Shown here: positions 10,265 to 18,518 of the stretch, piece after piece
Numbering within the stretch: the first letter of the stretch is position 1
Layout of the letters: each line of letters opens with the position of its first letter
DNA from: an uncultured Gammaproteobacteria bacterium
GTDB taxonomy: Bacteria; Patescibacteriota; Microgenomatia; UBA8517
Direction of reading: 5' to 3'
NCBI GenBank assembly: GCA_964600575.1
Contig: CAZRJH010000001.1
Span: 28,651 to 92,650, forward strand
DNA: 64,000 nt
Program-made: the position numbers and the translations under genes
Notes under the pieces: model-generated
Seen by the model: the letters and a program-made list of their open reading frames with translations, nothing else
Databases searched by the model: none
What the model was told of the DNA's origin: nothing

Positions 10265-10336
10265 GGACGACTAGCTCAGTGGTAGAGCGTTCGATTCACA
10301 TTCGAAAGGTCGTTGGTCCGATCCCAACGTCGTCCA
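10265..10336 (+). tRNA. tRNA-Val (anticodon CAC)
   Basis: Manual cloverleaf: acceptor GGACGAC/GTCGTCC, D arm GCTC-AGTGGTA-GAGC, anticodon stem TTCGA/TCGAA with loop TTCACAT (anticodon CAC), T arm GTTGG-TCCGATC-CCAAC, discriminator A. CCA is not encoded. Confidence 0.8.
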
Positions 10337-10342
10337 CATTTA

Positions 10343-10371
10343 TTGTCAACAATAAAATCTGAGGTTATACT
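10343..10371 (+). promoter_or_regulatory. sigma70-like promoter upstream of the alpha-2-macroglobulin gene (TTGTCA - 17 nt - TATACT)
   Basis: 'tatTTGTCAacaataaaatctgaggtTATACTgaatttgtcGTG' ends about 9 nt before the GTG start at 10381, implying a near-leaderless transcript or a downstream real start such as the Met at 10435. Confidence 0.4.
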
Positions 10372-10380
10372 GAATTTGTC

Positions 10381-13300
10381 GTGTTTTTCCAAAAACTTTT
10401 TTTCAAGGTATTAAGTTTCCGCAATCTGGCCATAATGGCCGTATTTCTTTTCCTTATTACAGGCGGATATTTTCTGTTAGGAAAAAAAGCCCCTAAAACC
10501 GACGCGGGATATCAATCTCCGCAAATATTTATTTACGGAGGTGATAATAGTTTTTCGGCAGGCGGTTTAATTTCTTTAGCTTCAACAGACGAGCCCGCCG
10601 TTCAGATTGGTGGCTATAACATTTCGGGTAATGCAACGGTGGAAGTCTATAAGGCCAACCCGGATATGCTTTTGGACTACCTAACACACGATAAAGACGG
10701 TAAGCAGACAAAAACAAAGCCCGATGTTTCAAAACTCGAATTTGTAGGCACCACATCTCATTCAATAAATACCAACTCATACGAAGGTTCAAAAGTTAGC
10801 CTTCCTTTGGCTGAGAGCGGAGTCTGGTATCTAAAAGTTAAAATCGGCAATGTAAACGCCGACGCCTTTGTTCTACGAAGCGGATATGGGATTTTGGCTA
10901 AAGAAGGGGATAACGAATTTATTTTTTGGGGCCAGGACTTTAAAACTAAGAGGAGTATAAATGCCGGAAGTTTAAGCGTCCTAAATATGCAGGATACAAA
11001 AAAGAGTCTTTCCCAGACTAATTTTGATTCCGAAGGATTGGCAAAAGCTCCGATTACCGAAGAAGCTGATATAGCTTTTGCCCAAATTAACGACCAAATT
11101 GCAATAGTGCCTCTAAATCTCAAGTATCTAAACACGCCCTCGTATAAGTCTTATCTACAAAAAGCTCAAAATACAAATTATTTTGTGTTTACAGATAGAC
11201 CTTTGTATAAACCGGGCGACAAAGTTTATTTTAAAGCAATACTTCGAAACGACGACGATGCCAGGTATACAATCCCTTCGGGTAGTGCAAAAGTAAAGAT
11301 TTCTAGCGGATACGGCCCAGAAGAAATTAAATATGAAAAAACCTATCCTATTTCTTCCGAGGGCACGGTAGTTGGTGAGTATCAATTATCTGCCGATGCA
11401 AAAGTGGGTGGATACAGTCTGGAGATAAGCACAGGCGGGTCTAACGAAAATATTAGCTGGTCGGAGTCTCATTGGTGGAACGGATCGGTTTACTTTGATG
11501 TTGAATATTTCCAGAAACCGCAATATTTTATAGAAGTAACTTCTCCCAAAACCGAGTTGATTGCAGGGGATAAATCTACTTTTAAAATTCAGGCGAGTTA
11601 TTTTTCCGGGCAGCCTTTGGCAGGACAAAAAGTAAAATATAGAGTAGCTGCAGGCGATTATTACGATTATCAATATTACTCAGATATTAATTATCTAAGA
11701 TCTAGTCTCTCAAACGACTACAAATATTCTTATTATGGTTCCCATACTGTTTTGGAGGGTGTAACCGAACTTGATAAAAACGGTCAAAAAGAAATTACGT
11801 TCGATACAAAGATGGATTTCAATAATGGAAGAAGCCAGGTTTTTGCCATAGAGGCAACACTTGACGATAACTCCCAGACTCCCTCTTTCTCCAGACAAAA
11901 TGTTTTGGTTTATGCAGGCCAATACGGAATTTACAGATCGGACTATTCTTATGGCGGCAAAGTAAATACCGATCTCTCCATTCCTTTGCAACTTTACGCG
12001 TACGAGCCTGATGCAAATATCGCTGGTGTCCAACTAACAGCAAAAGTACACTGGGAAACATGGGAAAGTTATAACGATCCTAATCAAAAGTATCCCCAGT
12101 ACAAAAAAGTAGAACAAGACCTGTCGGAAATAAAAGGTACAACGGACTCAAAGGGTAATGTAAAGTTAAACTTTAAACCCCAAAAAGTAGGTTTTTACAC
12201 ATTTAAGATTCAAGGTACAGACGAAAAGGGTAATACTATTGGTAATACATTTTATGCATATGTCAGCGACCAAGATCAACCTGCATATACACCCCAAGGT
12301 GGAAATGAGTTAACAGTTAGTACCGATCGTGAACAATATAGTCCTGGCGATACAGTAAAACTTTCCATCTACTCCAAAACTTCGGACAGAGATGTGTTTT
12401 TAGCGATGGAGAGAGGGAGAGTTAATAGGTTTCAGATTGTTCATCTAAACGGAAACAAAGGCAGTATAGATCTGCCAATTTTAGACACGGATATTCCTAA
12501 TATGTACGCCAAAGTTTCCGCATTTTCTTCGAATGCACTCGACGGTAGCTCTGTAAATCTAAAAGTATCCACTCTAAGTAAGCGTGTTGTTGTGGGGCTT
12601 AAATTTGATAGTAAAAAATACGCTCCGGGAGATACGGTTAACGTTCAAGTTACAACAAAGGATGGATTTGGAAATCCTGTTTCTTCCGATGTTGCTCTTT
12701 GGGCCGTGGATAAGGCCATTTTTGAACTATCAGACTCAAAGTTGGGTAATATATTTAATACTTTTTGGAATGAAAGAGGTGACACCACCCAAGAGGATCA
12801 TTCATTAGAAGGAATTGTGGCATATAGCGCAGAAGGCGGCGGATGCTTCCTGTCCGGCACAAAGATTTTGATGTCAGACGGCAAAGAAAAGAATATCGAA
12901 GACGTAAAAGTCGGTGACTACGTATTAACCTATACCTCTGATTCCTCTAAGAAATTGGTCAAAGCTAAAGTTTTAGCAACTCAAAAGGCGGTTGACCCGG
13001 GTTATTTGATCATTAACGGTAATCTAAAAGTAACTCCCGATCATATAATTATGGCCAATGGAGTTTGGAGAGAAGCAGGAAGCGTGCAATTTGGCGACGA
13101 GTTGTTGTCTTCAAACGGCGATAAAGTAAAAGTTTATTCAATTGAATGGCAAAGGGGCAAAGTAGATGTTTACAATTTAACTGTAGACAAGTATCACACA
13201 TATTTTGCCAACGGACTTTATGTGCACAATCAAAAAGGGGATTCCAGAAGCACATTTAAAGACACTGCATATTGGAATCCCAGCGTTAAAACAAACTCGT

Positions 13301-15510
13301 CGGGTTTGGCAACTGTTTCGTTTAAACTCCCGGACAATCTTACAACTTGGACCGTAGCGGCCGTTGCAGATACGGCAGATACCAAAGTCGGTCAAACCAC
13401 CGAAGAAATTATTGTAACCAAAGATGTTATTGTAAGACCTATTCTTCCAAACATAATAAGGTTGGGGGACACATTAGTTGTTTCTGCTTTGGTCCAAAAC
13501 TCAACCGACTCCGACAAAAACTTCGATGTAGATCTTAAGTTTGATTCAGGAGACGTCACTACAACTTCGTTCAAAAACGTTAAAATAGCAACTAACTCAA
13601 TAGAAAGGTTTGCTTGGGAAATAAAGCCGCAAAAAGAAAACCCTAACGCAAAATTGGAAGTTACCGCACAAGTATCCGATAACGAAAAAATATCAGACGG
13701 TGTAATTTCAGAAATTCCCGTTATTCCTTTCGGATATTTTGTCACGACTTCGGAAGCCGGTGACGGCAACAAGGATTACAACATTGCTATTCCACAGAAT
13801 GTTTCTAAAGAAAAGTCAAAGTTAACACTTTCTCTTTCCCCAACAGTTTTGGGAACACTACCGACAGCGATGAAATATTTGGTTAACTATCCTTACGGTT
13901 GTACGGAACAAATCACAAGCCGATTTGTTCCGGCACTTATAGCCAAGGCAAACCCGACACTTTTTGCCGATGCGCTTAAAGACAAAGATATCGACGAGAT
14001 AATCCAAAAAGGTATAGCAAGATTAGTTGCCACTCAAAATGGGGACGGCGGTTGGACATGGTGGTTTACAGGGACATCCGATCCTTATATTAGCTCCTAT
14101 GTTGCGGAATATTTAGTTTATGCCCAAAAGCTAGGTTATAAAGTAGATAAAAATTCGTTGGACAGAGCCAGGGGTTATTTGGGATCTAAGTCCTATTACG
14201 ACTACAAACAGCAAAAAGAAATTGCATATACTGATGACGAAAAAGCAATTAAAAATTACGGCCTTGTTATTTTAGGAAACACAAAAGACATACACACTGT
14301 AAATGTTGAAAGTCTTTCTTTGGACACGCTTGCTTTAAATGTAATAACCAACTCTTCACTTGGTAATAAAAATCCCGCATCAAACGGTTTAAACAGACTA
14401 ACTTCTATGGCGCAAACCCAGGGGGACAGTGTTTACTGGGAAGCAGGTAGCAAACTTCACTTTGGATCAAAAGACGCTTCTACGGCATTTGCAATAAGAG
14501 CAATAATTGCTTCTAACGGGGATCGGGAATTGGCTGTAAAAGCCTCTAAATATTTAATCAGAAACAGAAAGTTTGAATATTGGTCCAACACTTTTGCAAC
14601 AGCACAAGTTGTAAGGGCGGTGACTGATCTATCCAAAACAGGCGGTGAATCTAACCCAAACTTCTTATACTCTGTAACACTTGATGACAAAGAGCTTGCA
14701 AATGGCCAAGTCCAAAATATAAAAGATAAGTTGCAAGATATAGATATTGATACCTCTAAAATTAACTCTAAAGGATCTAATCTAAAAGTTACCATCGAAG
14801 GCCAAGGTCAGTTATATTCCGCCTTTGTCTCTAAACTTTTCTACACCGATACAAAAGCAGACGCTGTTAAAAATGGACTTTCTATAAAACGGGAATATAT
14901 TAACGAAAAAGGAGATCAGTATCAGTTGGCGGTTGGTGATAGCGTTATCGTTAAGATAACTGCGACAGGGCCCAAAGCACCCGAAAATTATGCCGTAATC
15001 ACCGACGAACTACCTTCGGGAATGGTTCCGGTTAACCCCATGTTCAAAAACGAGCAATATGGCGAAAACCCGCTTCCGGCTTATTTTTCAAACTCTTATG
15101 TGACGGGAATGGATGTTACACAAAATGGTGCTGTCTTGTCTTTGTATCTATTGGAACCGGGAACACACACTTTTACATATAGAGCCCGAGTAGTTAGTGC
15201 CGGTAAGTTTACGGTACCCCCTGCAGAAATAAGTTTGATGTATGATCCCGCAGTAAACGCCAGAACAGAGGTGCAAACATTAACCATAGCAGAAGAATCA
15301 AAACTTATCCCGACGGCATTTATTCAGGTTATATTTAAGAAATATTTCTGGAACATAATACTTGGAGTGTTTGGTGTATCCGCACTCATTGCGATTATTG
15401 TAAAAATGAAGGGTTCGGGGTTTAAGTTGTCAGAGCTTAAATCAAAACTTTTAAAAATTTTCAAGAAAAATAAAGATATTACGCCACCGATCACTCCTGA
15501 CGTACAATGA
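10381..15510 (+). CDS. membrane-anchored alpha-2-macroglobulin family thioester protein (1709 aa) with an embedded Hint/mini-intein domain in the bait region
   Basis: Repeated MG-domain starts 'FTDRPLYKPGDKVYFKAIL', 'VSTDREQYSPGDTVKLSIYS', 'KFDSKKYAPGDTVNVQV'. A2M_N_2 hallmark 'DVALWAVDKAIFELSD'. Post-bait 'RSTFKDTAYWNPS...LPDNLTTWTVAAVA'. Thioester motif 'NYPYGCTEQITSRFVPAL' (Cys at nt 13900-13902), then 'LVATQNGDGGWTWW'. Hydrophobic N-terminal (res ~17-35) and C-terminal ('FWNIILGVFGVSALIAIIV') anchors. Confidence 0.85.
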   Translation: MFFQKLFFKVLSFRNLAIMAVFLFLITGGYFLLGKKAPKTDAGYQSPQIFIYGGDNSFSAGGLISLASTDEPAVQIGGYNISGNATVEVYKANPDMLLDYLTHDKDGKQTKTKPDVSKLEFVGTTSHSINTNSYEGSKVSLPLAESGVWYLKVKIGNVNADAFVLRSGYGILAKEGDNEFIFWGQDFKTKRSINAGSLSVLNMQDTKKSLSQTNFDSEGLAKAPITEEADIAFAQINDQIAIVPLNLKYLNTPSYKSYLQKAQNTNYFVFTDRPLYKPGDKVYFKAILRNDDDARYTIPSGSAKVKISSGYGPEEIKYEKTYPISSEGTVVGEYQLSADAKVGGYSLEISTGGSNENISWSESHWWNGSVYFDVEYFQKPQYFIEVTSPKTELIAGDKSTFKIQASYFSGQPLAGQKVKYRVAAGDYYDYQYYSDINYLRSSLSNDYKYSYYGSHTVLEGVTELDKNGQKEITFDTKMDFNNGRSQVFAIEATLDDNSQTPSFSRQNVLVYAGQYGIYRSDYSYGGKVNTDLSIPLQLYAYEPDANIAGVQLTAKVHWETWESYNDPNQKYPQYKKVEQDLSEIKGTTDSKGNVKLNFKPQKVGFYTFKIQGTDEKGNTIGNTFYAYVSDQDQPAYTPQGGNELTVSTDREQYSPGDTVKLSIYSKTSDRDVFLAMERGRVNRFQIVHLNGNKGSIDLPILDTDIPNMYAKVSAFSSNALDGSSVNLKVSTLSKRVVVGLKFDSKKYAPGDTVNVQVTTKDGFGNPVSSDVALWAVDKAIFELSDSKLGNIFNTFWNERGDTTQEDHSLEGIVAYSAEGGGCFLSGTKILMSDGKEKNIEDVKVGDYVLTYTSDSSKKLVKAKVLATQKAVDPGYLIINGNLKVTPDHIIMANGVWREAGSVQFGDELLSSNGDKVKVYSIEWQRGKVDVYNLTVDKYHTYFANGLYVHNQKGDSRSTFKDTAYWNPSVKTNSSGLATVSFKLPDNLTTWTVAAVADTADTKVGQTTEEIIVTKDVIVRPILPNIIRLGDTLVVSALVQNSTDSDKNFDVDLKFDSGDVTTTSFKNVKIATNSIERFAWEIKPQKENPNAKLEVTAQVSDNEKISDGVISEIPVIPFGYFVTTSEAGDGNKDYNIAIPQNVSKEKSKLTLSLSPTVLGTLPTAMKYLVNYPYGCTEQITSRFVPALIAKANPTLFADALKDKDIDEIIQKGIARLVATQNGDGGWTWWFTGTSDPYISSYVAEYLVYAQKLGYKVDKNSLDRARGYLGSKSYYDYKQQKEIAYTDDEKAIKNYGLVILGNTKDIHTVNVESLSLDTLALNVITNSSLGNKNPASNGLNRLTSMAQTQGDSVYWEAGSKLHFGSKDASTAFAIRAIIASNGDRELAVKASKYLIRNRKFEYWSNTFATAQVVRAVTDLSKTGGESNPNFLYSVTLDDKELANGQVQNIKDKLQDIDIDTSKINSKGSNLKVTIEGQGQLYSAFVSKLFYTDTKADAVKNGLSIKREYINEKGDQYQLAVGDSVIVKITATGPKAPENYAVITDELPSGMVPVNPMFKNEQYGENPLPAYFSNSYVTGMDVTQNGAVLSLYLLEPGTHTFTYRARVVSAGKFTVPPAEISLMYDPAVNARTEVQTLTIAEESKLIPTAFIQVIFKKYFWNIILGVFGVSALIAIIVKMKGSGFKLSELKSKLLKIFKKNKDITPPITPDVQ
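12844..13230 (+). other. Hint (intein-type) domain, 129 aa (res 822-950), no homing-endonuclease insert
   Basis: Block A 'CFLSGTKILMSDGKEKNIEDVKVGDYVLT', block B 'TPDHIIMANGVWREAGSVQFGDELL', blocks F/G 'VDVYNLTVDKYHTYFANGLYVHN'. The first residue is Cys; the last two are His-Asn; the following residue is Gln. Confidence 0.8.
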
Positions 15511-16379
15511 AAAAAGTCATCATTAAGATCGTTTTCTTAACGATAGTTTTTAGTGTACCTTTTCTTATGGTACATAAAAATGTACTGGAAATTCCCAAAG
15601 GCGAGTATAACAAAGTTCTACACTTTGATAAGGAAAGTTTTATTTTAGGAATTTCGGAAGCAGAAAAAGACGGTGGGGAATTGGAATACAAAGTAAGAGG
15701 TGGAGTGGTGCCGCATCATCTTTTGGCTAGTTCGATAATCGCTGATTTTTTTAAGAAACTATCACAAAATCCCCCCGAAACAATAATACTTTTAGGACCC
15801 AATCATTTAGAAACTGGAGATTTTAAGGCGCTAACTAATTCCAAGTCTTGGATGACGGAATACGGGGTAGTTAGGCCCGACCCAGAAATACTAAGCATTT
15901 TGCTTAAGAAAAATTTAGTAAAAATAGACGATAAAGCTGTAGAGGAAGATCAATCTATTTCGTCACCTATGACTTTTGTAGCTTTTTACCTTCCTTCAAC
16001 AAAAGTTGTGCCGATAATTCTAAGTGCAGATATGAAAGAAGAAGATATTTCAAAACTTTCGGAAGAGATTTCAAAAATAATTAAAAGCAAAAACGCAATT
16101 CTGGTTTCTTCTATCGACTTTTCGCACTATCTCAGTTTTGATCAGGCAGAGGCGCGTGACTTGGAATCTATCACCGCAATTAAAAATTTTGGTTGTAGTA
16201 AGATAATCAAATTCGATAGCGATAATATGGACTCCGCACCGGCAATGTGTACGCTTTTGTATACGATGCTTTCTTTAGGATCTACCAATATCGATATACA
16301 AACACACGAAAATTCTTACAACATTCAAAAGTCGGGTAGTGACTCCACTACTAGTTATTTTTCTATTTTTTTCCACTAA
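15507..16379 (+). CDS. MEMO1-family (AmmeMemoRadiSam system protein B-like) protein with N-terminal membrane anchor
   Basis: 'GGVVPHHLLASSI' (PHAG-like), 'ILLGPNH' (LGPSH motif), 'EEDQSISSPMTFV' (EHS..E-like), 'VSSIDFSHY'. 4-nt overlap with the A2M gene (ATGA). Confidence 0.65.
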   Translation: MKKVIIKIVFLTIVFSVPFLMVHKNVLEIPKGEYNKVLHFDKESFILGISEAEKDGGELEYKVRGGVVPHHLLASSIIADFFKKLSQNPPETIILLGPNHLETGDFKALTNSKSWMTEYGVVRPDPEILSILLKKNLVKIDDKAVEEDQSISSPMTFVAFYLPSTKVVPIILSADMKEEDISKLSEEISKIIKSKNAILVSSIDFSHYLSFDQAEARDLESITAIKNFGCSKIIKFDSDNMDSAPAMCTLLYTMLSLGSTNIDIQTHENSYNIQKSGSDSTTSYFSIFFH

Positions 16380-16406
16380 AATAAAAACAGAAGAATTCGA
16401 TAAATT

Positions 16407-17084
16407 ATGTCGGCAAGAAACTTGAAATATATATTGTTAACTATCTGGACGGCATCCATTTTGCTGGGACTATATACAATCTTTAAAAATACCCCCTTTT
16501 CCACACTCAAAACACCTCTTTCTGTTACCGGGTTGCTTCAAAGAATTTTTGGAATAACGGCATTTGTTTGTTTGTTTTACCAAATTATTTTGGGTAGTTA
16601 CATGCAGGTTTTGTCGGAAAGGGTCGGCGGATTTATTTATAAGTTTCATATTCTGCAAGGTGTGTTTGTTTATGTCCTGATTTTGTTTCACCCCGTTTTC
16701 TTTTTGATTTTTAATTACTTTGCAGGGAGAGGGGTTGATCCTTACTATGTTTTTACTCAAGTTTGTGTTTTATGCCAAAATAAGGGAGAACTATATTACT
16801 CTTTGGGTAAGGCCTCTTTCTGGATTTTAAATATTACCGTTTTTTCGGGACTTTTTAGAACAATGAATCACTTTATGAGGGTCAACTGGAAAAAGTTTCA
16901 CAATCTAAATTATTTGGTTTTTGGTCTTATTTCTATTCACGGATATTATGTGGGAAGCGATTTTGGTACTCAACCATTTTTTGGTATGGCGATGGTTTTT
17001 GTATTAATTTATCTTTATGTTTTATTGTTTAGGAAGGCCCCGGAGATGTATTTGGAGTTAAAAAACTGGTTTAGATCAAATTGA
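16407..17084 (+). CDS. ferric-reductase-like transmembrane bis-heme protein (MsrQ/YedZ/NOX-TM-like)
   Basis: Polytopic protein. 'FHILQGVFVYVLILFH' gives H-x13-H; 'FHNLNYLVFGLISIH' gives H-x12-H. These are the paired bis-histidine heme ligation spacings of ferric reductase/NOX/MsrQ TM domains. Confidence 0.55.
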   Translation: MSARNLKYILLTIWTASILLGLYTIFKNTPFSTLKTPLSVTGLLQRIFGITAFVCLFYQIILGSYMQVLSERVGGFIYKFHILQGVFVYVLILFHPVFFLIFNYFAGRGVDPYYVFTQVCVLCQNKGELYYSLGKASFWILNITVFSGLFRTMNHFMRVNWKKFHNLNYLVFGLISIHGYYVGSDFGTQPFFGMAMVFVLIYLYVLLFRKAPEMYLELKNWFRSN

Positions 17085-17092
17085 TCGGGTAT

Positions 17093-17117
17093 CGGTCACA
17101 TGTTAAAAAAGTGACCG
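17093..17117. terminator. hairpin between convergent genes (CGGTCAC - 11 nt A-rich loop - GTGACCG); flanks 'gatcgggta...ggtactccg' are shared with the hairpin at 18468
   Basis: Read directly; sits between stop 17084 (+) and stop 17133 (-). Confidence 0.5.
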
Positions 17118-17132
17118 GTACTCCGCGCCCGA

Positions 17133-17690
17133 TTATGGTTGATTGTAAAACCTATATCCGGCAACCTCACCCTTTTTGGTGACACTCAAAGCCACATCAG
17201 TGGCTCCGTTAAAACTTTGGAACTCGCCGATGTTGTCCGGGTTGTAGGTATAAATGTTACCCGAAGCGTCTTCGAATTTTAGTTCGTAGTATTCGCTAAA
17301 GGTTGAATTGTTTATGCGTTCGCCTGGATTGAGTACGGGTTGTTTCCATGTTGGAACAAAGTCGTAAGCAAAAGCCTCACCGTAACGAAAATGTCTCCAT
17401 TCATCGATAGTGTAATCGCAATAATAGTTGGTGACATCCGGGGTGTCTTCGTCGCCAAGATCGGTTTCGCTCCAGCAATAGGAGTTGTATGCTCCGCTTG
17501 GCGGTGACGAGACGGGTTCGTTGCTGTACTTCACAGGCTGAATCGTCTCAATAGAGACTCTCATGGCCCATGCTTCGGTTGTGAGTTTTGCTTCAACTTG
17601 GTGGGTTGTAGAGTCAGAAATACTTTTGCAGAACAAGCCGATTAATACTACGGCTAAAACCGCAAAAAATATGGGTTTTAATCTTTGCAT
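17133..17690 (-). CDS. secreted/membrane-anchored small protein, paralog 1 of a tandem triplet (unknown function)
   Basis: Signal/TM N-terminus. Shares with the two paralogs the blocks 'AWAMRVSIETIQPV', 'YCWSETDLGDEDTPDVTNYYCDYT..W' (two Cys) and the C-terminal 'SGNIYTYNPDNIGEFQSFN'. Confidence 0.6.
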   Translation of the reverse strand: MQRLKPIFFAVLAVVLIGLFCKSISDSTTHQVEAKLTTEAWAMRVSIETIQPVKYSNEPVSSPPSGAYNSYCWSETDLGDEDTPDVTNYYCDYTIDEWRHFRYGEAFAYDFVPTWKQPVLNPGERINNSTFSEYYELKFEDASGNIYTYNPDNIGEFQSFNGATDVALSVTKKGEVAGYRFYNQP

Positions 17691-17774
17691 GCGTACTCCT
17701 GCGTAAAGTTAGTAGGAAAGTGCTATCTAACGGAGGCTAATTCTAGCACGAAGTGAAGCTAAAGTCAAACTATG

Positions 17775-17811
17775 GGGTTATAATGGAAACACCGGTAATT
17801 GGCTTGTCTGC
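17775..17811 (-). terminator. hairpin downstream of paralog 2 (GGAAACACCGG - 15 nt - CCGGTGTTTCC, 11-bp perfect stem)
   Basis: Read directly; starts 17 nt past stop codon 17828-17830. Confidence 0.55.
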
Positions 17812-17827
17812 CGGTGTTTCCAAAGAA

Positions 17828-18379
17828 TCATCTGATGCTGATAAGAGCGCCCCAGATATTGAATCCGCCAACATAGATTTCTTCGGCATTAAAGCTTCGG
17901 AATCTGGCGGTGTCGTAAACAGGGCGTTGGTAGGTTGTACCTGATTTGTCGGTGAAATACACCTGCATGTATATTTCCAGACTGTCCTCATCCAGCTTCT
18001 CGCCTTGTATGAGAGTGGCAGTTGGCTCGACCACATCTTGGTTGTTGCCGTCTAGGCTGACATATCTAAAAGTCACCCAGTCGGTGTATTCGTATGTGTA
18101 AAGCGGATAAGGATCACCCGAGCAAGAATTGGGATCCAGACACTTGCTTTTGTCGTACTCCGTTCGCTTGCTTACAACCGTAGCACCTTCGGGAACCTCT
18201 TTTCCCTGATCTGTAATCGTTTGGTATGTGAGAACGCTGTATTGCGTCTTCCAGTAGTAGCCAGTGGCGTGCATATCCACATATCTGACTGGAACAATGG
18301 TGGAGATGATCACTCCAATTGTTAAGACAACAAAAGCGGCTATACCCAGCTGCAGTTTAGTCATAGGACCTCCAAACAA
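17828..18379 (-). CDS. paralog 2 of the tandem triplet
   Basis: N-terminal TM. 'GYYWKTQYSVLTYQTITDQGKEVP', 'CLDPNSCSGDPYPLYTYEYTDW', 'SGTTYQRPVYDTARFRSFN' align to paralogs 1 and 3. Confidence 0.6.
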   Translation of the reverse strand: MFGGPMTKLQLGIAAFVVLTIGVIISTIVPVRYVDMHATGYYWKTQYSVLTYQTITDQGKEVPEGATVVSKRTEYDKSKCLDPNSCSGDPYPLYTYEYTDWVTFRYVSLDGNNQDVVEPTATLIQGEKLDEDSLEIYMQVYFTDKSGTTYQRPVYDTARFRSFNAEEIYVGGFNIWGALISIR

Positions 18380-18467
18380 AAAATGTGCAAACCGAAGCTG
18401 AAATATAACACAAGAAGAATGATTTTACAAACTATAGGGGGTTAGAAAAAATCTGAAGTTAGATCGG

Positions 18468-18503
18468 GTACCTGTCACATATATCAAAAGTTGTGACAGG
18501 TAC
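18468..18503 (-). terminator. hairpin downstream of paralog 3 (GTACCTGTCACA - 12 nt - TGTGACAGGTAC, 12-bp perfect stem)
   Basis: Read directly. Flanking 'gatcgggta' and 'ctccg' are conserved with the 17093 hairpin, suggesting the gene plus 3'UTR were duplicated as a unit. Confidence 0.55.
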
Positions 18504-18518
18504 TCCGTCGGATGATTG

